Assembly: GCA_963816735.1 (NCBI GenBank)
Contig: CAWFLY010000005.1
Location: forward strand, 294,539-358,538
Reading direction: 5' to 3'
Source: an uncultured Actinomycetes bacterium
GTDB taxonomy: Bacteria > Actinomycetota > Thermoleophilia > Gaiellales > Gaiellaceae
Length of the DNA stretch: 64,000 bases
Of this stretch, positions 1 through 10,674 are shown one piece after another. Each line of letters opens with the position of its first letter. Positions within the stretch are counted from its first letter, which is position 1. The notes under the pieces are model-generated. The model was not told the origin of the DNA, ran no database searches, and worked only from the letters and a program-made list of their open reading frames with translations. The translations under genes and the position numbers were made by a program.

Positions 1-1028
1 GCGCCGCGAGCTGCACGTACGGCGGCAGCGCGAGCGCGGGCCAGCCGAGCGCGCTGAACGGATACGTGAACTCGGTCGCCGGAAGGCGGAGCTGCAGCTC
101 GTCGGACATCGGCCGGCGGCGCGACGCACGGGACGGTCGGCGTGACGAGCAGGTCGACGCCGGCGCACGCCGCCGCGAACCGCTCGCGGTACTCCTCGCG
201 TCTCGCGCGCCGCCGCGGCCGCCTCGGCGTCCGTCACCTCGAGGCAGCGCTCGATCTTGCCGCGGACGTTCTCGCCGTACAGCTCCTCGTTGCCGGGGAA
301 GAGCGCGCGGTGGACGTCCGCCACCTCGCGCATGAAGTCGGCGCGGTTCTTCGGCGCGAACGGCAGGTCGAGCTCACGCCGGCGCGGGAAGTGCTCCGCC
401 GCCGCCGCGACGCCCGCGCGCACGTCCGGCTCCGCCTCGTCGAGCCACGCAACTCCGACCTCGAGCTCTGACAACGCTTGTAACAAGCTGTTACTTGGGA
501 AGTTCGGGACGAGCGCGCGCATGAGCTCCTCGCAGCCCTCGACGGTCGAGGCGATCGGGCCGACGACGTCGCAGCTCGGCGCGAGCGGGAAGCAGCCGTC
601 GACCGGGACGAGGCCGTGGCGTCGGCTTGAAGCCGACGACGCCGCACCACGCGGCCGGGATCCGGATCGAGCCGGCGGAGTCCGTCCCGAGCGCGAGCTC
701 GACATCGCCCGCCGCGACCGCAGCAGCGGAACCGCCGCTCGAGCCGCCGGCGAGCCGTCCGGGGAACGCCGGATTCGGCACCGTCCCGAAGTGCGGGTTC
801 TGGGACGAGATCCCGTACGCGAACTCGTGAAGGTTCGTCTTCCCGGCGACGGCGTAGCCCGCGGCCTCGAGCCGTCGCACCGCCTCGGCGCTCTCGGCGG
901 GAACGTGGTCGACGAAGAGCGCCGACCCGTACGTCGTCGCGAGCCCGGCGGTGTCGAGGAGATCCTTGACGGCGACCGGCGTTCCCCGCGCCGACCACGT
1001 CCGGCCGCGCGAGCCAGATGCCGTCCAT
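1..1028 (-). CDS. Amidase-signature family amidase, 3'-partial at window edge, frame-disrupted
   Basis: ORF 491-880 carries KTNLHEFAYG, GGSSGGSAAAVA and GFKPT motifs. The continuations HGLVPVDGCFPLAPSCDVVGPIAS and FTYPFSALGWPA are readable only after frame switches (about 975, 600 and 190). ATG 1026-1028 overlaps the stop of the upstream small ORF (TAATG). Confidence 0.8.
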
Positions 1029-1144
1029 TACTGGAAGTGGAGGTACAGGAACGCGATCCCGATGCAGCCGGCGAAGAGCAGCAGGAAGATCGCGAACAGG
1101 AACCAGCCGAAGCGGACGTTCTTGCGTGCGAGTTCAGGATCCAT
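1028..1144 (-). CDS. 38-aa single-TM membrane protein, translationally coupled between ctaB and the amidase
   Basis: Reads MDPELARKNVRFGWFLFAIFLLLFAGCIGIAFLYLHFQ. ATGA overlap with the ctaB stop at 1141-1144 and TAATG overlap with the amidase start. No family recognised. Confidence 0.4.
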   Translation of the reverse strand: MDPELARKNVRFGWFLFAIFLLLFAGCIGIAFLYLHFQ

Positions 1145-2272
1145 CAGAAGGCGGCATCCAACGCCAGCGCCGCGAAGATCAGCGCGAGGTAGAGGAGCGA
1201 GTAGTGGAAGAGGAGCATCGCGCGGCGCGGCGTCGTGTCGCGGCGGAGCTTCTCCGCCATCCCGACGAAGACGGCGCCGAGCGCGAGCGCGCAGACGACG
1301 TAGACCGGGCCGGCGCCGCCCCAGGCCCACGGCAGCAGCGTCACGCCGACGAGCGCGACCGAGTAGAGGACGATCTGCCGCGCCGTCTCGCGGTCGCCGC
1401 GCACGACCGGCAGCATCGGCACCTTCGCGGCCGCGTAGTTGTCCTTGATGAGCAGCGCGAGCGCCCAGAAGTGCGGCGGCGTCCAGACGAAGACGATCGC
1501 GAAGAGGACCCACGCCGCGATGCCGAGGCTGCCCGGTCGCCGCGGCCCAGCCGACGAGCGGCGGCACGGCGCCCGCGGCTCCGCCGATCACGATGTTCTG
1601 CGACGTCGAGCGCTTCAGCCAGCGCGTGTAGACGATGACGTAGAACGCGCCGCCGGCGAGCGCGAGCACGGCGGTGAGGACGTTGACGGCGCTCGCGAGC
1701 AGGACGAAGGAGAACGCCAAGAGCACGAGGCCGAACTCGAGCGCGCGGCTCGCGGGGACGCGTCCCGAGGCGACCGGCCGCGCCTTCGTCCGCTCGCCCA
1801 TGAGCGGGTCGATGTCGCGGTCGAGGACGTGGTTGAGCGCCGACGCGCCGCCGCACGCGAGCGCGAGGCCGACCATCGCGGCGACCGCGATCTCGGTGCC
1901 GGGCCAGCCGTGGGCGCCGGCGATCATCCCGCAGAAGCCCGTGACGAGCAGGAGCGACATGATCCGCGGCTTCGTCAGCGCGACGTAGTCGCGCCAGCGA
2001 TCCCCACGGGATGCGCTCGCCGCGGAAGCTCTCGACGCCGACGACCGCGATCGCCGCGAGCGCGAGGGCCGCGAGCGTCGCGTGCGCCGAGCGGCCCGGG
2101 CACGGCAGCGGCCGCCGCGAAGAGCGCCGCGGCGACGAGCGCCGGCGCAACGAGCCGCCGGTGCGCGAACCACGCCGACGACGACGAGCGCAGCGAGCGG
2201 CGGCGCGACGAGCGCGGCAAGCAGCCGGTGCGTCGTGCCGAGCCCGGCCGCGCCGGAGACGACCGCGAGCAC
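1144..2272 (-). CDS. ctaB: Protoheme IX farnesyltransferase (heme O synthase) with an extra N-terminal TM region, frame-disrupted
   Basis: DYVALTKPRIMSLLL...ALNHVLDRDIDPLM...GGAAGAVPPLVGW, then (frame switch near 1533, CCC run) WTPPHFWALALLIKDNYAAAKVPMLPVV. Three hydrophobic segments between about 2000 and 2330 each sit in a different frame. The start is uncertain (2272, or GTG 2337 overlapping the ctaD stop). Confidence 0.8.
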
Positions 2273-2333
2273 CGTCCCGCCCGCGGCGACGAACGCCGAC
2301 AGGCGGAGCCACGGGCCCGGCGCGACGCCGGTC

Positions 2334-3986
2334 TCACGTCGCCTCCTCCGCGAGCCGCCGGCGCAGGTCGCGCAGCGGCCGCGGGCTCGTCACGTACGGG
2401 ACGGAGTCGAAGTTGTGCGCCGGCGGCGGCGAGGTCGTGTACCACTCGAGCGTGTCGGCGAGCCACGGGTCGTTCCCGACGCGCGCGCCCTTCCGCAGGC
2501 CGTGCGTGATCCAGATGTTCGCGACGAAGACCGCGACCGCCGATCGCCGTCAGCACGCCGCCGACGGTCGAGATCGAGTTGTAGACCGTCCCAGATCCCG
2601 CCGTGGTGGTACGTGTAGACGCACCGCGGCATCCCGAGCAGCCCGAGCATGTGCTGCGGCAGGAACGTCATGTTGAAGCCGATGAACATGAGCCAGAAGC
2701 TCCACTTCGCGAGGCGCTCGTCGAGCATCCGCCCGAACATCTTCGGCCACCAGTAGTACAGCCCGGCGAAGAGCGCGAAGACGATCCCGCCGAAGGCGAC
2801 GTAGTGGAAGTGCGCGACGACGTAGTACGAGTCGTTGAGCTGCCAGTCGACGGGGAACGCCGCGAGGAAGATCCCCGTCAGGCCGCCGAACGTGAAGAGC
2901 GCGAGGAAGCCGAGCGCGAACAGCATCGGCGAGTCGAACTGGAGGTTCCCGCGCCACGTCGTCGCGAGCCAGTTGAAGATCTTGATCCCCGTCGGCACCG
3001 CGATGATCATCGACGAGATCATGAAGAAGCTGTCGAGCCCGATCCCGAGCCCCGTCGTGAACATGTGGTGCGCCCAGACGAGCATCGAGAAGAACGCGAT
3101 CGCGAGCGTCGAGAACGCGACGGCCTTGTACCCGAAGATCGGCTTGCGGGAGAAGACCGGCAGGATCTCGGAGATCATCCCGAAGGCGGGCAGCACCATG
3201 ATGTAGACCTCGGGGTGCCCGAAGAACCAGAACATGTGCTGGTAGAGCACGAGGCTCCCGCCGTGCCCCGGGATGAAGAAGTGCGTGCCGAAGTTGCGGT
3301 CGAGCAGCAGGAGCGTCACCGCGGCCGAGATCGCCGGCATCGCGAGGAGAAGCAGGATCGAGTACGTCTCCATCGCCCAGACGAAGAGCGGCATGCGCAT
3401 CCACGTCATGCCCGCCGTGCGCATGTTGTGGATCGTGACGATGAAGTTGATCGCGCCGAAGATCGACGACAGCGTGAGGATGTGGATCGCGAGGATCCAG
3501 TAGTCCTGGCCGTGTCCCGGGCTCGCCCACGGCATTGCCTCCGACAGCGTCGGGTACGACCACCAGCCGGCGTGCGCCGCGCCGCCCTTCGAGAACCAGC
3601 TGAGCCAGAGCACGATTCCGCCGAGCAGGAAGAGCCAGTACGAAAGCGCGTTGAGGCGCGGGAACGCCATGTCGCGCGCGCCGATCATGAGCGGCACGAG
3701 GAAGTTGCCGAAGCCGGCCATGATCGGGACGACGACGAGGAAGACCATCGTCGTGCCGTGCATCGTCATGACCTCGTTGTACGAGTTCTTCGTGAGGAAG
3801 CTCTCGTTCGGCGTCGCGAGCTGCGCGCGCATGAGGACCGCGAGGAAGCCGGCGAGCGCGAAGAAGAAGATCGAGGTCGCGATGTACATGATCCCGATCC
3901 GCTTGTGGTCGACGGTGACGAGCCAGCTCGCCACGCGGCCGTTCTTCCAGCCGACGGGATGAGACCGTTTCGGAGCGCGTAGCCAT
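2334..3986 (-). CDS. ctaD: Cytochrome c oxidase subunit I, frame-disrupted at both ends
   Basis: 514-aa ORF 2390-3934 with [14 protein letters not shown] and VAHFHYV motifs. The true N-terminus [22 protein letters not shown] needs a switch at 3956-3958 (GGG run). The C-terminus [32 protein letters not shown]...EEAT* needs switches near 2585 and 2535. Confidence 0.9.
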
Positions 3987-4973
3987 TACGGCTCCTCCCG
4001 CGACCCCCGTGTAGATGTGCCGCTTCACGTACGCGATCGAGCGCGTCGATCTGCGCCGGTGTCCACGTGTCGCCGACCGGCGGCATCGCGCCGTTCGCGC
4101 CGACGAAGCCGTGCCGGAGAATCGTCCGTGAGCCCGGCGGGGTGGACGATGATCGAGTTGCTCGCGATGTTCGGGCCGTAGCCGCCCTGGCCGAGGTTGC
4201 CGTGGCACGTCGCGCAGACGCCTTTCCACTCCTGCTCGCCGATCGTCGCCGCAGCTTGCCGTGCCGACGTACGCGTCGTACGCCGCCCGCGACTCGACGA
4301 CGACGCGGCCGAGCATCGAGGCGTGGTAGACGCCGCAGAGCTCGCGCGCACTGGCCCTCGTATGTGCCGGCCTGCTCGGCCCGAACCACGTGTGGTTGAC
4401 GTGTCCGGGGATGGCCTGGATCTTGCCGCCGAGCGCCGGGATCCACCAGCTGTGGATGACGTCCGTCGCGACGACCTTGAGATCGACGACGGCTCCGACC
4501 GGGACGTACAGCGTGTTGATCGACGCGCGCGTGCGTTCGGATAGTCGAACTGCCAGTAGAACTGGTGCCCCTCGACGGTGATGTTGATCGGGTTCGGTCG
4601 GACGCCGGCGCGTCGGCGATCTTCGGCAGCAGGGCGAAGACGACGAGCGGCGATCACGGCGAGGATGATCACCGGGATCACCGTCCAGATCACCTCGAGG
4701 CGCGTGTGGCCGTGCACCTGCGGCCCTTCGACGGTGCGCGGCCGCGTCCGCGGCTCCGGTACTTCCAGATGAAGACGACGAGCAGTCCCTCGACGAGGAA
4801 GAAGACCGCCGCGGTGAAGCCGACGATCACCCAGTACGCCGTCACGATGTGGTGCGCGTTCGGCGAGGCCGGCTGAACCGGCGCCAAGCCGCCGTTCCCG
4901 GCTGCCGCGATACTCCGGCCGTCGCGAGCGCGGCCAGCACGGCGAGAACGAAGGTCGGCAGCTTCCGGCGCAC
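3986..4973 (-). CDS. ctaC: Cytochrome c oxidase subunit II with fused C-terminal cytochrome c domain (caa3-type), heavily frame-disrupted
   Basis: Fragments read in order: signal VRRKLPTFVLAVLAALATAG; TM helix HIVTAYWVIVGFTAAVFFLVEGLLVVFIW; HQFYWQFDYP; VIHSWWIPALGGK; a CuA site (CAELCGVYHASM); heme c CATCH; MPPVGDTWTPAQIDAL. The stop TAA overlaps the ctaD ATG (TAATG) if the C5 run at 4004-4008 is one base too long. Confidence 0.85.
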
Positions 4974-4987
4974 CCGCCGGGCATTCT

Positions 4988-5284
4988 ATGAAGGTGTCCG
5001 CGCGCACGCGCGTCGAACTGCCGTCTCACATCCCTCTGGACTTCGAGGTGTACGTCAACGGCGTCCGCCAGGAGCCCGGCCGCGACTTCGAGATGGAAGG
5101 TCGAGCGCTCGTCTTCCCGCGTCCGCTCGAGGAGGAAGGGAAGCTCGGTTTCTGGCGCTGGGCCTCGATGTGGCTCGGAATCGCGGGCACGTACCGCAAG
5201 CACGAGACGGTCGACATCGTCTACGAGAGCGGCGGCCGGCGTCAGGTCGAGACCGGCCTGAAGCTCGTCGCGGACGAGAACTAG
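4988..5284 (+). CDS. Hypothetical 98-aa protein
   Basis: Intact ORF with non-shadow composition, divergent from ctaC. Its stop shares CTAG with the convergent ATP-grasp gene. Confidence 0.5.
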   Translation: MKVSARTRVELPSHIPLDFEVYVNGVRQEPGRDFEMEGRALVFPRPLEEEGKLGFWRWASMWLGIAGTYRKHETVDIVYESGGRRQVETGLKLVADEN

Positions 5285-6151
5285 ACCGACAGCGAGAGCG
5301 GGGCGCCGCGGGCGACGGCGTCGAGCAGCGCGGCGATCGCGTCGGCGTACACGTCCGCTCCCGCAGCGCGTACAGCGGCCGGAAGTCGACGGCGCCGTTC
5401 ACCTCGAGCACGATCGAAGCCGTCTCGCGTCGGGAGGAGATCGACGCCGGCGAGATCGGCTCCGACGGCGTCGACGGCGGCGACGGCGAGCTGCCCGCGC
5501 GAGCGGCGGCGCGATCGCGCGGGATCGACCGTCGGCTCCGAGCGCGGCGTTCGTCCTCCACTCGCCCGGGGACGGAGACGCGGCGCGCCGAGCCGACGAC
5601 GCGGCCGCCGGCAACGACGACGCGGAGATCGCGTCCTCACGGTTCGACGAGCTCCTGCGCGATGCACGCCGTGCTCGGGGAACCAGGAGCGCGTGACGCG
5701 CAACGGCGAGCGCCTCCTCGAGCTCCTACGGCGTGCGGCAGAGCTCGACGTCGCGTCCCCAGCTGCCGAAGCGCGGCTTGAGCACGACCGGCAACTCGGG
5801 CGCGACCGCGGGAAGCGCAGGCGCGAGCAGCGTGGTGGCCGGATGCGGCAACCCGGCGAGCCGGAGAACCCGGGCGGTCAGCAGCTTGTCGTGAGCCGCT
5901 ACGAGTGCTCTCGGAGGATTGAGCACGTCGACGCCTTCGGCTGCGAGCCTCTCCAGCTCGCCGGTGCCGCTCTCGATGCCGTCGAGCTCGTCCCGGACGT
6001 CGAGCCGGGCGAGCGCCACATCGCCGGGCTCGAGGACCGCGAGCGCGCGCTGCGGCTCGAGCACCTCGGCCTCGAACCCGCACGAGCGTGCGGCGGCGGC
6101 GAGCGCTTCGTTCGTAGCGCTCCGCCGGTGGGCGACGACGGCGAACTTCAT
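5281..6151 (-). CDS. RimK-type ATP-grasp ligase, frame-disrupted
   Basis: N-terminus MKFAVVAHRRSATNEAL...VLKPRFGSWGRDVELC (ORF 5726-6151). Later fragments DLRVVVAGGRVVG, GEWRTNAALGA and IVLEVNGAVDFRPLY lie in other frames. Confidence 0.7.
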
Positions 6152-6235
6152 GCGAGAAATGGTGCTGACCGTCGACCGCCCGCTGGGGCTGCGGAATTGG
6201 TGACGGGCTGGTGTCGGAACCGCGACGGCCGCTAA

Positions 6236-6960
6236 CTACGCGGGAGTCTCGGCGTCTTCGCGGTCCTTCGACACCGGCTCGAGCCGGTACCCGACGCCGT
6301 AGCGCGTCTGGATGAAGGTGTGGCGGGACGAGCGGCCGGTCGACCTTCTCCCGCAGGCGGCGGACGAAGACGTCGACGGTGCGGTCGCGGTGCGACTCGC
6401 GGCGGCCCCAGAGCTTCTGCAGCAGCTCGTCGCGGGTGACGACGCGGCCGCGGTCGAGCGCGAGCTGGTAGAGGAGCCGGAACTCGGTCGGCGTCAGCTC
6501 GGCGCTCGACCCCGTCGACGAACGCCTGCACCTCGAGCGGATCGATCCGGAGCTCCTCGATCTCGATCGGCTCGCCGCGCGGCGTCTCCTCGCGACGGAT
6601 CGAGCGGCGGGACGCGGCGCGGACGCGCGCGACGAGCTCCTTCATCGAGAACGGCTTCACGAGGTAGTCGTCGGCGCCGATCTCGAGCGCGTGGACGCGG
6701 TCGTGCTCGGTGCCGCGCGCGGAGACGACGACGATCGGCGTGCCGATCCCCTCGTTGCGCGCGGTCTCGATGAGCTTCCAGCCGTCGATGCCGGGGAGCA
6801 TGAGGTCGAGCACGCAGACGTCGGGCTTCTCGTAGCGCAGCCGCGCGAGGCCTTGCGTCCCGTTCCCGACGGACACCGGATCGAAGCCGGCGGCGCCGAG
6901 ATGGCGCGACATTCCCTCCGCGATGACCTCGTCGTCCTCGACGATCAGAACCTTCGGCAT
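6236..6960 (-). CDS. OmpR/PhoB-family response regulator, frame-disrupted in the DNA-binding domain
   Basis: Receiver domain MPKVLIVEDDEVIAEG...DLMLPGIDG...GADDYLVKPFS is intact. The winged-helix pieces LTPTEFRLLYQLA, RTVDVFVRRLREK and FIQTRYGVGYRLEP lie in two other frames. Confidence 0.85.
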
Positions 6961-7006
6961 GCTGTCCCATTATCGAGTTCGAGGCCGGTTGGGAAAGGGT
7001 AGCCGG

Positions 7007-7901
7007 ATGGTGAAGGAGTGGTGAACGACCCGAGGATCGACCGTGCGCGCGCGTGACCGAAGAGCGCCGGCGAGCCGCTCGTCGTGCTCGACAGCGAGCG
7101 GCCGTGATCGTCGCCCTCAGCCCCGAGCGCGCGCTCGCTGCTCCCCGGTGTCGAGACCGGCTCGCGGCTCAGCGAGGAGACGCGCTCGCCGCGCATCCCG
7201 AGCTGCTCGTCCTCTTCTCGCGGCGCGCCACCGGAGCTCTCGGCGTACCAGGAGCTCCGCATGGGCTTCACCGCGGCCGTCTCGCACGAGCTGCGCACGC
7301 CGCTCGCGCGCCTCCTCGCGCTGCTCGAGAACGCAACGCTGCCCGGCTCGGACGTCGACGCGTTGATGGAGCAGGCGGTGCAGGAGGTGCTCGCAGACGC
7401 GGGAGCTCATCGACGACGTCCTCTTCCTCGGCGAGCTCGAGACGGGACGTGAGGTCGTGGCGCTCGGCCACACGGCGGCGAAGCCGGTCGTCGACGAGAT
7501 CGTCGACTCGCTCGCCGACCGCGCCGACCACGCCGGCGTGACGCTCGTCGTCGACGGCGACGCCGACGTCGAGCTGCCGCTACGCCCACGGATGCTGCGC
7601 GTCGTCGTCGAGAACCTCCTCGCGAACTCGATCCGCTACGCGGGCCAGGGGACGGACGTGCACGTCGAGCTGATCCGAGGGCGCTGCTCTCACGGTCTCC
7701 GACGACGGCGGCGGCGTGCCGGCGCCGACCTGCCGCGCCTCTTCGAGCGCTTCTACCGCGGCGACCAGGCCCGCACGAGCCGCGGCACGGGACTCGGCCT
7801 CGCGATCGTCAAGCACATCGTCACGTCGGCAGGCGGAACGATCGTCGCGACGAGCGAACCCGGGCCGGGGACTCACGATCCGGATCAGCTTTCCGACGTA
7901 A
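7007..7901 (+). CDS. Sensor histidine kinase (PhoR/SenX3-like, no TM segment seen), frame-disrupted, start uncertain
   Basis: H-box [17 protein letters not shown] (7261 on). HATPase N and G boxes VVENLLANSIRYA and GTGLGLAIVKHIV. The C-terminus GRGLTIRISFPT* is in another frame. The N-terminal part contains an in-frame TGA and frame switches. Confidence 0.7.
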
Positions 7902-8766
7902 CTAACCGAAGCGGCCGGTGACGTAGTCCTCGGTCCGCTTGTCGGACGGCGCCGTGAAGATCTTCTCCGTCGCGTCGTACTCGACGAGCTCGCCCCACCG
8001 CTCGCCTTCCTCGCCGCGGGAGATGGAGAAGAACGCCGTCATGTCGGCGACGCGCGCGGCCTGCTGCATGTTGTGCGTGACGATCACGAACGTGTACTCG
8101 CTCTTGAGGTTGTGCATGAGCTCCTCGATCTTCTGCGTCGCGATCGGGTCGAGCGCCGAGGCCGGCTCGTCCATGAGGACGACGTCGGGCTCGACCGCGA
8201 TCGCCCGCGCGATGCAGAGGCGCTGCTGCTGGCCGCCGGAGAGGCCGAGCGCGCTCGTCTTGAGGCGATCCTTCACCTCGTCCCAGAGCGCGGCCTGCGT
8301 GAGCGCCTTCTCGACGCGCTCGTTGAGGCCGTCCTTCATCCCGAGCACCTTCAGGCCCCACGCGACGTTGTCGAAGATCGACTTCGGGAACGGATTCGGC
8401 CGCTGGAAGACCATCCCGATCGTGCGGCGCACCGCGACAGGGTCGACGTCGCGCGACGAGATGTCGTAGCCGTGGTAGCGGATCGTGCCTGTCTGGCGGA
8501 AGCTCGGCACGAGGTCGTTCATCCGGTTCAGGCAGCGGATGAAGGTGCTCTTGCCGCAGCCGGACGGCCCGATGATCGCCGTGACGAGGTTCTTGTAGAT
8601 CTCGAACGAGACGCCCTTGAGCGCGGCCTTCGAGCCGTAGATGCGCGTCGAGATCGGAGATCTCGAACACCGTCTCGAGCCGTTCGCGCGGCGGCAGCGG
8701 CTGACGCTTGGTCTCGACGCGCACGGCAGGCTCGATGCTACTCGACTCGGTCATCGCCTCCGTCAT
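7902..8766 (-). CDS. pstB: Phosphate ABC transporter ATP-binding protein, one frame switch near 8650
   Basis: [22 protein letters not shown] (Walker A), [26 protein letters not shown] and [10 protein letters not shown]. The N-terminal 40 aa are in the frame of ATG 8766. Confidence 0.9.
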
Positions 8767-9673
8767 CTCGCAGTCCTCCCAAGCTTACGTTTGCTGCGGG
8801 CCGCGAGCCAGCGCGCCGCCGAGGCTCGCCACAGGATGAAGACCACGAGAACGAGCGCAGCCGCCCACGCGCGCGCGTGATCCTCCGGATCCGGCGATTC
8901 GGTCAGGCTGAAGATCGCGAGCGGGACGCTCTGCGAGCGGCGTGGAGCGGGTTCCAGTCGACGGCGTTGCTGCCGATCGAACACGAGGAACAGCAGCGGC
9001 GCCGCCTCGCCGGCGATGCGCGAGACGGCGAGGATGCTCCCGTCACGATCACCGCCGACGGTCTGCGGCAGGACGATGCCGAGCGTCGTCCGCCAGCGCG
9101 GAACGCCCGAGCCCGAGCGACGCCTCGCGCAGCGAGTTCGGCACGAGCAGCGAGCACCTCGATCGTCGAGCGCGCGACGAGCGGGAGCATGATCGTGGCG
9201 AGGGCGATCGACCCCCAGAGGGCCCGCTGCTGGTGCGTCGTGAGCACGAGCAGCCCGTAGTAGAAGATCCCGATCACGATCGCCGGGATGCCCATGAGGA
9301 CGTCGAGCACGAGGCTGACGAAGTTCCGCACTCGCCGCGGCGCGAACTCGACGAGGTAGATCGCGACGAGGATCCCGATACGGGATAGCCCATCGCCGCC
9401 GCGATCCCGACGATGACGATGCGTGCCCGCGAACGCGTTCGCGAGACCCTGCGGGATGCCCGGCGGGGCGAACGGGATCTGCCCTTCGTGAAGAGATCCC
9501 AGTTGAGCGCGCTCGCGCCGTTCCGGACGATCTAGTAGACGACGATCACGAGGATCGCGACGCCGATCGCCGCGGCGGTCATCGCGAGCAGCTCCATGCC
9601 GCGGTTGACGGCCTTCCGCCGGCGCAGCCGGTCGTTCGGCCGCGTCAGCGGCGTCGGTCTCGACGGCGCTCAT
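8763..9673 (-). CDS. pstA: Phosphate ABC transporter permease PstA, frame-disrupted
   Basis: Fragments GIPQGLANAFAGT, AIYLVEFAPRRVRNFVSLVLDVLMGIPAIVIGIF and LPLVARSTIEVL. ATGA overlap with the pstB start. Position after pstC. Confidence 0.8.
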
Positions 9674-10657
9674 GCTAGCCCCTGACGGCGCGGCCGCGCG
9701 CCGGATGATCATCTGCGCGATGAGGTTCACGACGAGCGAGAACGACGAGCAGGATCAGCCGCGAGATAGAAGAGCGATGAGGCTCCTTCGGCGCGTCTGG
9801 TACGCCCTGAGAACTCCGACGGCGATCCTCGCCGCGAGCGTGTTGCCCGGCTGGAAGAGGTTCGCGCTGATGATGTCGAGCCGCCGCCGACGACGAGGAG
9901 CACCGCGATCGCCTCGCCGATCGCGCGGCCGAGGCCGAGGATCATCGCGGCCGCGATGCCGCTGCGCGAGTACGGGAAGCACGACGCCGCGCACCATCTC
10001 CCAGCGCGTCGTGCCGAGGCCGAGCGCGCCCTCCTTCAGCTCGGGCGGCACGCCGAGGAAGAGCTCGCGCGAGATGCTCGAGATGATCGGGATGATCATG
10101 ATCGTCAGGACGACGATCGCCGGTGAAGAGGTTCGAGCCTTGCGTCGCCGGCCCGAAGAGCGGGATGAAGCCGAGCACCGAGTGAAGCGCCGGGTCGACG
10201 TGCGCTGAGGAGGAACGGCGCGAGGACGTAGAGAGCCCCCAGAGTCCGACGATGACGCTCGGGATCGCGGCGAGCGTCTCGACGAGCGCAGTCACCGGGC
10301 CGCGAATCCAGCCGGGAGCGAGCTCGCTGAGGTAGATCGCGATCCCGAGCGCGAGCGGGGTCGCGATGAGGAGCGCGCCGAGCCCCGTGACCGCGGTGCC
10401 GTAGATGAAGTTGCGCCGCGCCGAACTGGTCGTGCCGTGATGTCCCAGCGGTTCTGGTGAACGAGGAAGCCGAGGCCGAACGTCGAGATCGACAGCCTGG
10501 CGCCCTCGATGAGCTTGTAGGCGATCAGGCCGACGATGACGACGACGCCGAGCGCCGCCGCGCCGGCGACGACCTGGAGGATCAGATCGCCGAAACGCAC
10601 CCGCCGCCCCGAGAAGGGGCGGCGGGTGAGTTCAGTGGTTGTCTCGAGCGCGCTCAA
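9670..10657 (-). CDS. pstC: Phosphate ABC transporter permease PstC, frame-disrupted
   Basis: Fragments FGLGFLVHQNRWD, VETLAAIPSVIVGLWGL, IIPIISSISRELFLGVPPELKEGALGLGTTRWEM and ILGLGRAIGEAIAV. TTG start about 18 nt after the pstS stop. Confidence 0.8.
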
Positions 10658-10674
10658 TGTCCCGCTCGGGATTC

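Noticed and set aside
2000-2337. The idea that the region upstream of the ctaB core is a full heme A synthase (ctaA) fused to ctaB.
   Set aside because: Only about 3 TM helices (about 110 aa) fit there, far short of an 8-TM CtaA, and the frames are too disrupted to decide. It is reported only as an N-terminal extension.
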